NCBI GenBank assembly: GCA_036918135.1
Contig: JBALDB010000056.1
Span: forward strand, 256,001-320,000
Source: Nostoc sp.
GTDB taxonomy: Bacteria; Cyanobacteriota; Cyanobacteriia; Cyanobacteriales; Nostocaceae
Direction of reading: 5' to 3'
DNA: 64,000 bases
Shown here: positions 53,857-63,093 of the stretch, piece by piece
Numbering within the stretch: the stretch's first letter is position 1
How the letters are laid out: each line of letters begins with the position of its first letter
Notes under the pieces: generated by a model
Seen by the model: the letters and a program-made list of their open reading frames with translations, nothing else
Databases searched by the model: none
Told to the model about the DNA's origin: nothing
Position numbers and translations under genes: made by a program

Positions 53857-55107
53857 CTAACTTAGAGACTCCAAATAATCGCGGATGAGGTTGCGGCGTT
53901 TGGGTTGGCGTAACTTTTGCAAAGCCTTAGATTCAATTTGTCTTACTCGTTCCCGCGATAAGTCAAGAGCGCGTCCAATTTCTGCTAAAGAGTAGGGATG
54001 ACCATCAGCCAAACCAAATCGCATCAAAATTACGTCACGTTCCCGGCTAGTCAAATCTGACAGAAGATGATGCAAGTCTTTTTGTAAAGATTCTCGCATT
54101 AACATCTCTTCTGGAGTTACATTGTCAGTTTCGAGTAATTCTCCTAACTCAGTATCTTTATCTTTCCCTACCTTGGTTTCTAAAGAGACAGAGCGAGGAA
54201 CCCGCAACAAAACTTCCCGGACTTGTGTAGGTGTCATTTCTAACTCAGTGGCTAGATCCTCTAAAGTTGGGGTGCGACCTTTTTCTTGAGCAATTTTGCG
54301 TTGCGCTTTTTTGATTTTATTTAACTTTTCGGTAATATGAACAGGTAGGCGAATGGTGCGACTAGAAGTAGCGATCGCCCGTGTAATTCCCTGACGAATC
54401 CACCAGTAAGCATAGGTACTGAAGCGATAACCCTTAGTTGGGTCAAATTTCTCTACAGCTCTCTCTAAACCTAAAGTACCTTCTTGGACTAAATCCAACA
54501 ATTCCAAACCACGATTTTGATACTTCTTAGCAACAGACACAACCAGGCGAAGATTAGCCTTAATCATGTGTTCTTTTGCCTGGAGTCCTTGGGACTGAAT
54601 TTGCTCCAACTCTTCCACAGTCAACTTGGCGATTTCAGCCCAGCGACGTTTACCCTCTGCCAAAATCGGTCTGAGATTCGATACAGCGACACCAGCAGTG
54701 GCAGCCCACCTTTCCAAAGAAGGGCGATGTCCTAGTTCTGAGGTCAGACGCTCTTGAACTTCAATTAACCTTAGATAAGGCGAAATTACCTCATCTCCTT
54801 GCTTTGCGGCATTAGCAAGCACTATCCGCATCCGCAAATAGCGCTGAACTTTTTGAGCTTCTGAAACCTCTTCATCCCGCCCCAACAACCTAACCCGGCC
54901 AATTTCCTGAAGATATAGACGTACAAGATCTGTACTACGGCGGTTAGCGTTAGCAGCAAAGTTAGTATGGTCAACAGAAGCCATTTCTAACTCCTGTAGT
55001 TCGTCTACTGATAACTCACTTTCATCAACCGTGAGATCCGAGTCCAAAACCTGGCGGGACTTTTGGGTATTGTAGGCGGCATCTGCATAAAAAGATGTTG
55101 CTGGCAT
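53857..55107 (-). CDS. sigC: Group 2 sigma factor SigC
   Basis: Sigma-70 regions with the SigC-type long insertion; MPATSFYAD N-terminus; upstream of furA. Confidence 0.9.
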   Translation of the reverse strand: MPATSFYADAAYNTQKSRQVLDSDLTVDESELSVDELQELEMASVDHTNFAANANRRSTDLVRLYLQEIGRVRLLGRDEEVSEAQKVQRYLRMRIVLANAAKQGDEVISPYLRLIEVQERLTSELGHRPSLERWAATAGVAVSNLRPILAEGKRRWAEIAKLTVEELEQIQSQGLQAKEHMIKANLRLVVSVAKKYQNRGLELLDLVQEGTLGLERAVEKFDPTKGYRFSTYAYWWIRQGITRAIATSSRTIRLPVHITEKLNKIKKAQRKIAQEKGRTPTLEDLATELEMTPTQVREVLLRVPRSVSLETKVGKDKDTELGELLETDNVTPEEMLMRESLQKDLHHLLSDLTSRERDVILMRFGLADGHPYSLAEIGRALDLSRERVRQIESKALQKLRQPKRRNLIRDYLESLS

Positions 55108-55703
55108 AAAGCGTCTCAATGGCTCCAGGTAACAATAGATTAGGGTCAGCTAAGATTACGGTCAGCTATTCAACTGTTGCTATTGTTCCCGTGATTCACG
55201 AGGAACTAACACGGTAGAGAATTCCATTACAATTTTTTTAGAAATTTAATGGAATAGTTTTATTAGATACAGTATTACTGAATTAATCGGCAGCTAAGCT
55301 TCTGATTGAACCAATAGCTATTCAAATCCGCAGCTAGGCTTTCAATATCTAAACTATTTACTTAAGATTTCAAATTTGATTATTTTTGATAGTTACTTTT
55401 GTAACATTGTATAAACATAATTCAGTGAATATCTGGTTTATAATTGGCATAGTCACATTTACATGGGTACGAAAGTAATATCCTGACGATTTACCAATTT
55501 TTTCTCAGGATTATTTGGGAATAAGTTTAACTAATAGGTTGAACAGAAGTGATTAATAGCGGTAGGGTAGTCAGACGCTCTGACACCAGGACACAAGAAG
55601 ATGCAAAGAGTGTTTGTGATAAATTCCTCGCGCCTCCGTCTCCTCTTTCGCGGTGTCTCCGTGTCAGAGCGTCAGAGCGTCTTTGCGTCCCCGCATCCGA
55701 CTA

Positions 55704-56678
55704 TTAGTAGTTATACTCAGGCTTGATATCTCGTAGCATTAGTTCATCAAGTGCTTGTCGGGGTGTAATATTACCCTGAAGTAAGCGATAAACTTGCTCG
55801 GTAATTGGCACAGCAATGTTTTGTTGCTTGGCTCGTTGTATCAAAACCCGACAAGTGTTAACTCCTTCAGCGGTTCCTTGTAAATTTGCCAGAATTTCTG
55901 TAAGTGTCTTACCGCTAGCTAGCTGGTAACCGACTTGGTAATTGCGACTTAAGGGACTATTGCAGGTTGCTAACAGATCTCCTAGACCCGATAAACCATA
56001 AAATGTTTCCGTCTTTGCGCCCCAGTGGTTACCAACGCGAATTATTTCTGTAAGTCCACGGGTGACTAAAGCAGCTTTGGCATTGGTTCCTAGTTGTAAA
56101 CCATCGCATACACCAGCGGCGATCGCAATGACATTTTTCAGAGTTCCCCCCAGTTCTACACCTAGAGGATCGAGATTGGTATATACCCGGAAACGATAGG
56201 AAGAAAATACTAACTGCACTAGTTCGGTCGCTGTGGAAATATTACTGGCGACCACCGTTGCTGCTGGTAATTGTTGTTGAATTTCTTGAGATAAATTCGG
56301 CCCTGAGAGAACAACTACTGCATGGTTAGGGAATATTGTTTGCCAAATTTGCGATGGCGTACAGGTTGTTTGGGGGTCTAAGCCTTTTGTAGCGGTGATA
56401 AAAATTGTCTGCTGAGAAAGAGGGAAAGAGTGGACTTGAGAAGCAACATCCCTAACACCTGTCATTGAAATAGCCGACAGGACTATTTGGACATCTTTGA
56501 GTACTGCTTCGAGAGTTTGCGAACCATGACGCGACCACAGGCGCACCTGATGACCATTGGCCGCTGCTAGATTTGCCAGCGCCATACCCCAAGCACCCGC
56601 ACCCAAAATTGCAACGGATTTTGGATTTTGGACTTCGGCTACGCTCAGTCGAAGGATTTCAGATTTTGGATTAGTCAT
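55704..56678 (-). CDS. gpsA: NAD(P)H-dependent glycerol-3-phosphate dehydrogenase
   Basis: GAGAWG, ATKGL, SGPN, GGTLKNV.A, GLGDLLATC.S..SRN. Confidence 0.93.
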   Translation of the reverse strand: MTNPKSEILRLSVAEVQNPKSVAILGAGAWGMALANLAAANGHQVRLWSRHGSQTLEAVLKDVQIVLSAISMTGVRDVASQVHSFPLSQQTIFITATKGLDPQTTCTPSQIWQTIFPNHAVVVLSGPNLSQEIQQQLPAATVVASNISTATELVQLVFSSYRFRVYTNLDPLGVELGGTLKNVIAIAAGVCDGLQLGTNAKAALVTRGLTEIIRVGNHWGAKTETFYGLSGLGDLLATCNSPLSRNYQVGYQLASGKTLTEILANLQGTAEGVNTCRVLIQRAKQQNIAVPITEQVYRLLQGNITPRQALDELMLRDIKPEYNY

Positions 56679-56773
56679 TACTCAAGAGACTCCACCAGTT
56701 GCACTTGTAAGCAAAGATAAAATTTTTCTTTTCCTCTCCCGACTTCCATCTCTTTGCTCACCAATCTCAAATC

Positions 56774-57658
56774 TCAAATCTCAAATTGACTACGGGGATA
56801 ACGTTCCATTAATTCCCTGACTTGTTCTGCATGGTATGAGCTTCTTGTCAATGGTGAAGAAACTACCTGTAAAAATCCTAATTCTTCGCCGAATGCCTTC
56901 CAAGTTGCAAATTGTTCTGGGTGGATAAATTCATTTACTTTCAGATGTTTTTGAGTGGGTTGGAGATATTGCCCAATTGTTAGAATGTTGCAATCTACAG
57001 TTTGTAAGTCTTGCATGACTTGACGGATTTCAGCGTCAGTTTCACCAAGTCCAACCATGATACCGGATTTAGTGTAGGTGCTAGGAGAAAGTTGGCGAGT
57101 TCGCTGCAATAATTCTAATGTGCGATCGTAGTTTCCTTGGGGACGCACCCGACGATACAGCCGCGGGACAGTTTCCGTATTATGGTTTAACACCTCTGGC
57201 GCAGCTCGGAGAATCAACTCTAAAGCATCCCAATTACCGCACAAGTCAGGAATTAATACTTCAATTGTAGTGTTGGGTGAGACGGTACGTACTGCATCAA
57301 TACACCCCACAAATTGAGATGCACCACCATCTAGCAAATCATCTCGGTTGACAGAAGTGATTACCACATGATTAAGTTTCATGCGGCGAACAGCTTCCGC
57401 TAATCGTGCAGGCTCGGTGGGGTCTAGTGCTTTGGGTTTTTTCTCAAAATCAATATCGCAGTAGGGACAAGCACGCGTACAAGCCGGGCCCATAATCAAA
57501 AACGTAGCAGTCCCAGCGTTAAAGCATTCACCAATATTCGGACAGGACGCTTCCTCACAAACTGTATTGAGGGCTAAATCCCGCAAAATGTCTTTAACGT
57601 TACCGATGCGCTCACGCCCAGGTGCTTTTACCCGCAACCAGTCTGGTTTTACAGTCAC
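56774..57658 (-). CDS. lipA: Lipoyl synthase
   Basis: [26 protein letters not shown]. Confidence 0.96.
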   Translation of the reverse strand: MTVKPDWLRVKAPGRERIGNVKDILRDLALNTVCEEASCPNIGECFNAGTATFLIMGPACTRACPYCDIDFEKKPKALDPTEPARLAEAVRRMKLNHVVITSVNRDDLLDGGASQFVGCIDAVRTVSPNTTIEVLIPDLCGNWDALELILRAAPEVLNHNTETVPRLYRRVRPQGNYDRTLELLQRTRQLSPSTYTKSGIMVGLGETDAEIRQVMQDLQTVDCNILTIGQYLQPTQKHLKVNEFIHPEQFATWKAFGEELGFLQVVSSPLTRSSYHAEQVRELMERYPRSQFEI

Positions 57659-57795
57659 AATCCGCTTTTACCACTAAAGTTATACAAATTTAATCGTAGC
57701 AAGCAAAGCCTGTGGTGAAGTGATTATATATAGATGTAATTTTGTCATTTGGCACGGGTTGTGGTATTCTAGATTAATAATGCCATCTTTTTTGG

Positions 57796-57869
57796 CGGGA
57801 TGTAGCGCAGCTTGGTAGCGCACTTCGTTCGGGACGAAGGGGCCGCTGGTTCGAATCCAGTCATCCCGA
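57796..57869 (+). tRNA. tRNA-Pro (anticodon CGG), CCA not encoded
   Basis: Acceptor CGGGATG/CATCCCG, anticodon stem CTTCG/CGAAG with loop TTCGGGA, T-loop GGTTCGAATCC. Confidence 0.97.
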
Positions 57870-57873
57870 TTGT

Positions 57874-57976
57874 TGTACATTCGCAAATTATATGTCGCAA
57901 TTCGCAAATTAGTGTCGTTTTGACTGTTTTTTGGAGTCAATTTAATTATACTGAGTTTTCGCAAATTAATGTCGCA
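57874..57976 (+). repeat. CAST terminal sequence (left end in the usual V-K convention) with three TnsB-binding repeats
   Basis: TGTACA, then TTCGCAAATTA(T)RTGTCG at 57880-57899, 57901-57919 and 57958-57976. Confidence 0.88.
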
Positions 57977-58037
57977 ACTGTGATGTGGTGGAGTGATTCC
58001 ACTACACTTGTAGAATATGCTAAAAAGTTCAGAATAT

Positions 58038-58077
58038 TCCAGAACGAAGTGCGCCTTTCAACCCTCCTAATTGAAAC
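58038..58077 (-). CRISPR. Homing guide: 23-nt mini-repeat plus 17-nt spacer targeting tRNA-Pro
   Basis: Minus strand GTTTCAATTAGGAGGGTTGAAAG followed by GCGCACTTCGTTCTGGA; 16/17 match to 57818-57834, preceded by a GTA PAM. Confidence 0.92.
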
Positions 58078-58108
58078 AAATATCTCACCTAGTAACAACA
58101 AAAATTTC

Positions 58109-58585
58109 CTTTCAACCTACCCCTAGCCGAAATGGTGGTTGAAACTTTGATGATACTTATCAACCAAAGCGCTTTGAGTTTCTTTCAACCCACCCCTAGC
58201 CGGAATGGTGGTTGAAACGAAGAAGAAAAGCTAAAAGAAAGACTTGCAGTCAGAGTCTTTCAACCCACCTTTAGCCGGAATGGTGGTTGAAACGTTAAAT
58301 AAACTTGAACTTATGCTCTATATTAATTCTTTCAACCCACCCCTAGCCGGAATGGTGGTTGAAACCCTACTTCGTTTACTGTTATTGCGCTCATTTTGTT
58401 TCCTTTCAACCCACCCCTAGCCGGAATGGTGGTTGAAACTAGGAAAACCTTGACCAAAAGGAAATTCAACTGAATCTTTCAACCCACCCCTAGCCGGAAT
58501 GGTGGTTGAAACTCTAAATTGGTGCCAACGACCAAGTTAGAAACTATTCTTTCAACCCACCCCTAGCCGGAATGGTGGTTGAAAC
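58109..58585 (-). CRISPR. Type V-K CRISPR array: 7 repeats of 37 bp and 6 spacers of 35-38 bp
   Basis: Repeat GTTTCAACCACCATTCCGGCTAGGGGTGGGTTGAAAG at 58109, 58182, 58257, 58329, 58403, 58476 and 58549. Confidence 0.98.
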
Positions 58586-58784
58586 CTTGCCGTCTAGACC
58601 CCCTGCAAATAAAACTTTTCAGATACAAATTTGGCATATCCCTTAAAAAGCTTCTTTCGTCTCGGATCAAAAAACTAAATCAATTGGCACATTAGTCTCT
58701 GAAATTAAGACATCACAAGGGTTTTAAAGTTTTGGCGGGACTCCAGGGATTTTGCCCCCGCTTTGACACGCCAAAAAAATATTT

Positions 58785-59037
58785 GGGAGGGTTCCCCCGA
58801 CGAAGGGGGTGATTCAGTAGCCACCACTGTGGTAATCCACACCGTTATGAATAACGACTATGGCTAAAAGCCTTACTCCTTATTGCTGGGAGCGCACCTA
58901 TCCTGTCTTGCGACAGCAGCAGCAGAAGCGGGCAAGCTATCAGGGTCAGAAAGCATGACGATCTTCCAACCGCCAAACTAACCCAGATTTATCACACTAC
59001 ATTGGCTCAAAAGAGCATGAACTGCGGCGCTGTTATA
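58785..59037 (-). ncRNA. Cas12k tracrRNA (boundaries approximate)
   Basis: Contains V-K tracr blocks AGCGCCGCAGTTCATGCT, TGCTTTCTGACCCTG, GGATAGGTGCGCTCCCAGCAATAAGG and GTGGCTACTGAATCACCCCC..GGGGGAACCCT. Confidence 0.92.
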
Positions 59038-59077
59038 AAAATATTATATTTTCTAGGTTCGGATTAGTGAATTAAAT

Positions 59078-60979
59078 TTAAGCAGCTTGACGTTCTTGGT
59101 AAGCAAAGACGGCTAAATTTCGCGCTTTTTCTTGTGGACTACCTCTGATTGGCTGTGTACCAATTTCAGTAGAAATTCCGACTTTTGCAGCTTGGGATTT
59201 AATACTCTTAATTAATCGACCGTAACTCCAGCGATGAATGCTCATACGATATTCTTTGGCATATTTTTGTTGAGCTTCCTTATAACCAGGACATTTCCTT
59301 TCTGCTCTGGATTGGATTTCGCTACTGATTTGCTCACGAATATTGCGGAGTTTTGGGATAACTATGCTGTCTGCTTGATAGGTTTTGGCGATCGCAATAA
59401 TTGCATCTGCTAATAATCTATCGACATATTGCCCTAACTCTGATTCACCAAAGGAGTTTGGCGTATTCTGTTTTTGAGCTTTGTGTCGTTCGTGAGATAA
59501 GCGTTGCTGTTGTTGTCGCTGACGATTGAGAAGATTGTAGTTTTCACCAAGTAGTTGTTTGACGCTGCGATAAGCTAGAACTTCATTTTTAACAACATCT
59601 ACCACCGCTACTGTGACTGGCTTTTCTAGACCAAAACTAACGCCAACTAGGATTGAAGGTTGACCTTGATAATTAGGCTTACTGGGACGAGGGAAAGGGT
59701 TATTAATTCGAGCTAACGTTGATTGCTGACGAGTGATAAAAGCTTGCTGTTTATCTTTGAGGTCATCTTTCTGTTTTACCTTCGTTAAAGTTTTGGTAAT
59801 TGCGGTGACTTTCTCTTCAACTACCTGTTGAGTTCCTTCAGTAGTCCACATCCGAGTATCTAAAGAGCAGTAAAGATGCAGCTGATTTACTTTCCAGAGT
59901 TTACCTTTTCCCTCACCTGGGAACCAAGCAAGCCTACCTGAACGCAGAGTGAACAAACTGCTTGAATGTTGGTTTTTACTATTGCGTTTAATTTCTTGAT
60001 CCTCTAAAAAGCGTTGAAAGTACTGCAAATGACGCTTATCACAGTAAATCTCAAAGGTCAGTTTTCCTAAGCCATTGAACCGAACAAAGAGACGATCTTT
60101 GTCATTTTTTAACCATGTCATATCTTCGTTAGATTCGTAAGCCACAGGAAAGGGGACATCAGCAGTTTTTCTTAACAGTGCTGCTTGCCAAGCTTTTGCC
60201 TCTTTTTCATTTTGAGCTACATTAGCTGTAGCAATTTCTAAAGTTTCTAACCACTCTTCTCCTGTCAAATCTCTACCTTTCGGTATGCGACTTTGAAGTT
60301 GGTCTTTTAATCGCTCAATTTCTATTTCCTTTTTGCGTCTATTTCTAGTAAATTCTTCTGGGTCTTCGTCAAGTTCACTGATTTTACAGTTATTTTTGAG
60401 CAGATATGCGAAAGCGCAACGAGTAAGAGGGTCTTCTGTTTCTCCGTAAGTGTTTAAGAGAATTTGGAAAAGTGAAGATTTTTTGGACTTTGTAGATTTT
60501 TTAGTCTTTTTTCCCTTTTTCTGGTTGCTATTCTGCTCGAACTGGAGGGTAAATTTGGTAAGAATTTCGGTGGCTTTAGTACGAATTACGTTTAAGCTAC
60601 ATTGACTTTCTTGTTCGAGTTCTAGATCGCTTTTGAGTATTTTCAGCCAACGCTCTTTTCCTTCTATTTGGTACTTTCTGCGTTTTTGTAACGCAAACCA
60701 GGATTTATATACATAATCCACTAAAGCGATCGCTGAGGTGTAAAAGCGTCCAGGTTGAGCAGCAAAACGCTCTTGAGTTTTGAGGGAGTTAACAAGTGTT
60801 TTGAGTAATTCAGTAGGTATTTTGCCTTCTTCTAACCAGGTTTCAAATTCTGGGTGCTTTCCTACCTGTAGCAACAATTCATTGATAAGTGGTGTATTTT
60901 TTTCAGCCATAAGTTCCCACAGTTGACAGAGAGTGTCTTCTTCAGCAACCAAGCGACATTGAATTGTAATAACGCTCAT
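59078..60979 (-). CDS. cas12k: Cas12k (C2c5) effector
   Basis: MSVITIQCRL, NTPLINELL, IPKGRDL, degenerate RuvC (GVSFG...), HRWSYGRL; 633 aa. Confidence 0.97.
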   Translation of the reverse strand: MSVITIQCRLVAEEDTLCQLWELMAEKNTPLINELLLQVGKHPEFETWLEEGKIPTELLKTLVNSLKTQERFAAQPGRFYTSAIALVDYVYKSWFALQKRRKYQIEGKERWLKILKSDLELEQESQCSLNVIRTKATEILTKFTLQFEQNSNQKKGKKTKKSTKSKKSSLFQILLNTYGETEDPLTRCAFAYLLKNNCKISELDEDPEEFTRNRRKKEIEIERLKDQLQSRIPKGRDLTGEEWLETLEIATANVAQNEKEAKAWQAALLRKTADVPFPVAYESNEDMTWLKNDKDRLFVRFNGLGKLTFEIYCDKRHLQYFQRFLEDQEIKRNSKNQHSSSLFTLRSGRLAWFPGEGKGKLWKVNQLHLYCSLDTRMWTTEGTQQVVEEKVTAITKTLTKVKQKDDLKDKQQAFITRQQSTLARINNPFPRPSKPNYQGQPSILVGVSFGLEKPVTVAVVDVVKNEVLAYRSVKQLLGENYNLLNRQRQQQQRLSHERHKAQKQNTPNSFGESELGQYVDRLLADAIIAIAKTYQADSIVIPKLRNIREQISSEIQSRAERKCPGYKEAQQKYAKEYRMSIHRWSYGRLIKSIKSQAAKVGISTEIGTQPIRGSPQEKARNLAVFAYQERQAA

Positions 60980-61044
60980 GGTGTCCTCAGCTTTGTGGAT
61001 TCGGTAACACTGACAGAGTTGTTAATTGTTTTTTTACTTCCAAT

Positions 61045-61077
61045 ATTATAGCGCAATGCCGTAATAGCGCAATGCCG
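61045..61077 (-). promoter_or_regulatory. cas12k -10 box with an adjacent direct-repeat operator candidate
   Basis: TATAAT on the minus strand at 61045-61050; ATAGCGCAATGCCG twice (61048-61061 and 61064-61077). Confidence 0.6.
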
Positions 61078-61141
61078 CAAATGTTTTTTTACTGACAGGC
61101 TGTGCAAAAATGAAAGCCGCAAACTTTGGCTTCAAATTAGG

Positions 61142-61306
61142 ATGGCAGAAGAAACTAGAGAGGTTAGGGGGAGACTCCCTAAAGACTTAAAAATTGCCTT
61201 TGAAATCGCCTGTGCGCGTCTAGAAGTGACGCAAACTGCGGCTTTGGAGGAGGCAATTAGAGATTGGTTGCAAAAAAAAGATTTCCCTGTTGATGGGAAG
61301 TCGTAG
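61142..61306 (+). CDS. 54-aa ribbon-helix-helix (Arc/omega/CopG-like) repressor, divergent from cas12k
   Basis: My translation: MAEETREVRGRLPKDLKIAFEIACARLEVTQTAALEEAIRDWLQKKDFPVDGKS; below the ORF-track cutoff; position typical of V-K regulators. Confidence 0.8.
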   Translation: MAEETREVRGRLPKDLKIAFEIACARLEVTQTAALEEAIRDWLQKKDFPVDGKS

Positions 61307-61583
61307 GGGAGTTAAAGGATTATGGTTAAAATTGCTGAGGCATTTGCATAATATTATGATGTAAAACTTTTAAATTACTGATTTCTTAGCCTCTGCGAGA
61401 AATCGAGGTTCATACCTACATCAATCGTAAATTTCAATCTAGGCTTGGGAGTTTGAGACTGGATTAACTATGTAAGATTTTTAACCGGGATGTAGCATTT
61501 AACGAATCGCACGCTCATTTCACCTTGTAGGTGCAAAATTATGAGCCAAGCTATTAATATTAAAAATCCCACTGTAGAGCTAA

Positions 61584-63023
61584 ATGTTCGAGCAAACTTT
61601 TAAAAATATTGATGATGTTCTCTGGAAGGAGGCGGGTTGTACTACAGAGTTAGATTACACCGAGCAAACGTCTTGGTTGCTGTTTCTGAAGTATTTGGAT
61701 GATTTGGAGCAGGAAAGGGCGCTAGAGGCGGAACTAGCTGGCAAGCCATACGAATTTATTATTGATGAGGCGCACCGCTGGTCTGTGTGGGCAGCACCGA
61801 AAAAGGCGAATGGTACATTGGATCCTGATAATGCGCTGATTGGCGATGATCTGATTGATTATGTCAACCGCCAACTATTTCCATATTTACAAAGTTTCAA
61901 GCAACGGGCTACTAGTCCAGACACAATCGAATACAAGATTGGGGAAATTTTTAGTGAGATTAAGAATAGGTTTCAAAGCGGCTACAGCTTACGGGATGCG
62001 CTGGAATATATTGATGAGCTACGGTTTAGATCGCAACAGGAGAAACACGAGCTATCGCATCTCTATGAAGCCAAAATCAAAAATATGGGGAATGCGGGGC
62101 GCAATGGTGGGGAATATTACACACCGCGTCCGTTGATTCGCGCAATGATTCAGGTGGTGAAGCCGAAGATTGGCGATCGCATTTATGATGGGGCTTGCGG
62201 TTCGGCGGGGTTTTTGTGTGAGAGTTACGACTACTTACGTCGGGGTAAGCTGACAACAAAAGAGCTTGAGATACTTCAAAAACATACGTTTACTGGTAAA
62301 GAAAAGAAAAGTTTGGCGTATGTGATTGCGATCATGAATATGATTTTGCATGGCATTGATGCGCCGAATATTATCCACACCAACACGCTGACAGAAAATC
62401 TCAGTGATATTCAAGACAAGAATCGCTTTGATATAATTTTGGCTAATCCGCCATTTGGGGGGAAGGAACGCAAGGAAGTACAGCAGAATTTCCCGATTAA
62501 GACTGGGGAAACGGCGTTTCTGTTTTTGCAGCATTTCATCAAAATGCTGAAGATGGGCGGTAAGGCGGCGGTGGTAATCAAAAATACGTTTCTGTCAAAT
62601 TCGGATAATGCTTCGCGGGCGTTGCGTCAAGAGCTTTTGAGTAGTTGCAATCTGCACACGATTTTGGATTGTCCAAGTGGGACTTTTATCGGGGCTGGGG
62701 TAAAAACGGTGGTGCTGTTTTTTGATAAAGGGAAGCCCTTTGACTCTGTTCAGGGAACGCCTTTATTTTCTCAGGGAAAACCTTTAACTCAGGGAATGGC
62801 TACTCAGAAAATTTGGTATTACCAACTCGATCCGGGGCGGAATATGGGTAAAACCAATTCGTTGAATGATGAGGATTTGCGCGAGTTTGTGGAGTTACAG
62901 GCTAGGTTTGCAGAGTCGGAAAAGTCTTGGCTGGTGGATATTGCTGATGTGGATCGGGTGACGTTTGATCTATCGGTGAAGAATCCAAATAAAGCTGAGG
63001 AATCGTTGTTACGAGAACCGTAG
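61584..63023 (+). CDS. hsdM: Type I restriction-modification methyltransferase HsdM, apparently truncated by a premature stop
   Basis: GEYYTPR, YDGACGSAGF, ANPPFGG; the frame after the TAG continues EILDEISALDAESAEILAGI. Confidence 0.88.
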   Translation: MFEQTFKNIDDVLWKEAGCTTELDYTEQTSWLLFLKYLDDLEQERALEAELAGKPYEFIIDEAHRWSVWAAPKKANGTLDPDNALIGDDLIDYVNRQLFPYLQSFKQRATSPDTIEYKIGEIFSEIKNRFQSGYSLRDALEYIDELRFRSQQEKHELSHLYEAKIKNMGNAGRNGGEYYTPRPLIRAMIQVVKPKIGDRIYDGACGSAGFLCESYDYLRRGKLTTKELEILQKHTFTGKEKKSLAYVIAIMNMILHGIDAPNIIHTNTLTENLSDIQDKNRFDIILANPPFGGKERKEVQQNFPIKTGETAFLFLQHFIKMLKMGGKAAVVIKNTFLSNSDNASRALRQELLSSCNLHTILDCPSGTFIGAGVKTVVLFFDKGKPFDSVQGTPLFSQGKPLTQGMATQKIWYYQLDPGRNMGKTNSLNDEDLREFVELQARFAESEKSWLVDIADVDRVTFDLSVKNPNKAEESLLREP

Positions 63024-63093
63024 GAAATTTTGGATGAAATTTCTGCGTTAGATGCGGAAAGTGCAGAGATTTTGGCAGGGATTGGGGGATGGT

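Noticed and set aside
57680..58126. ORFs of 94 aa (-) and 104 aa (+)
   Set aside because: They overlap the tRNA, transposon end and homing guide; spurious
61486..61496. CGGGATGTAGC, identical to the tRNA-Pro 5' end, as a possible att site or second guide
   Set aside because: Only 11 bp with no adjacent repeat or integrase; compatible with chance
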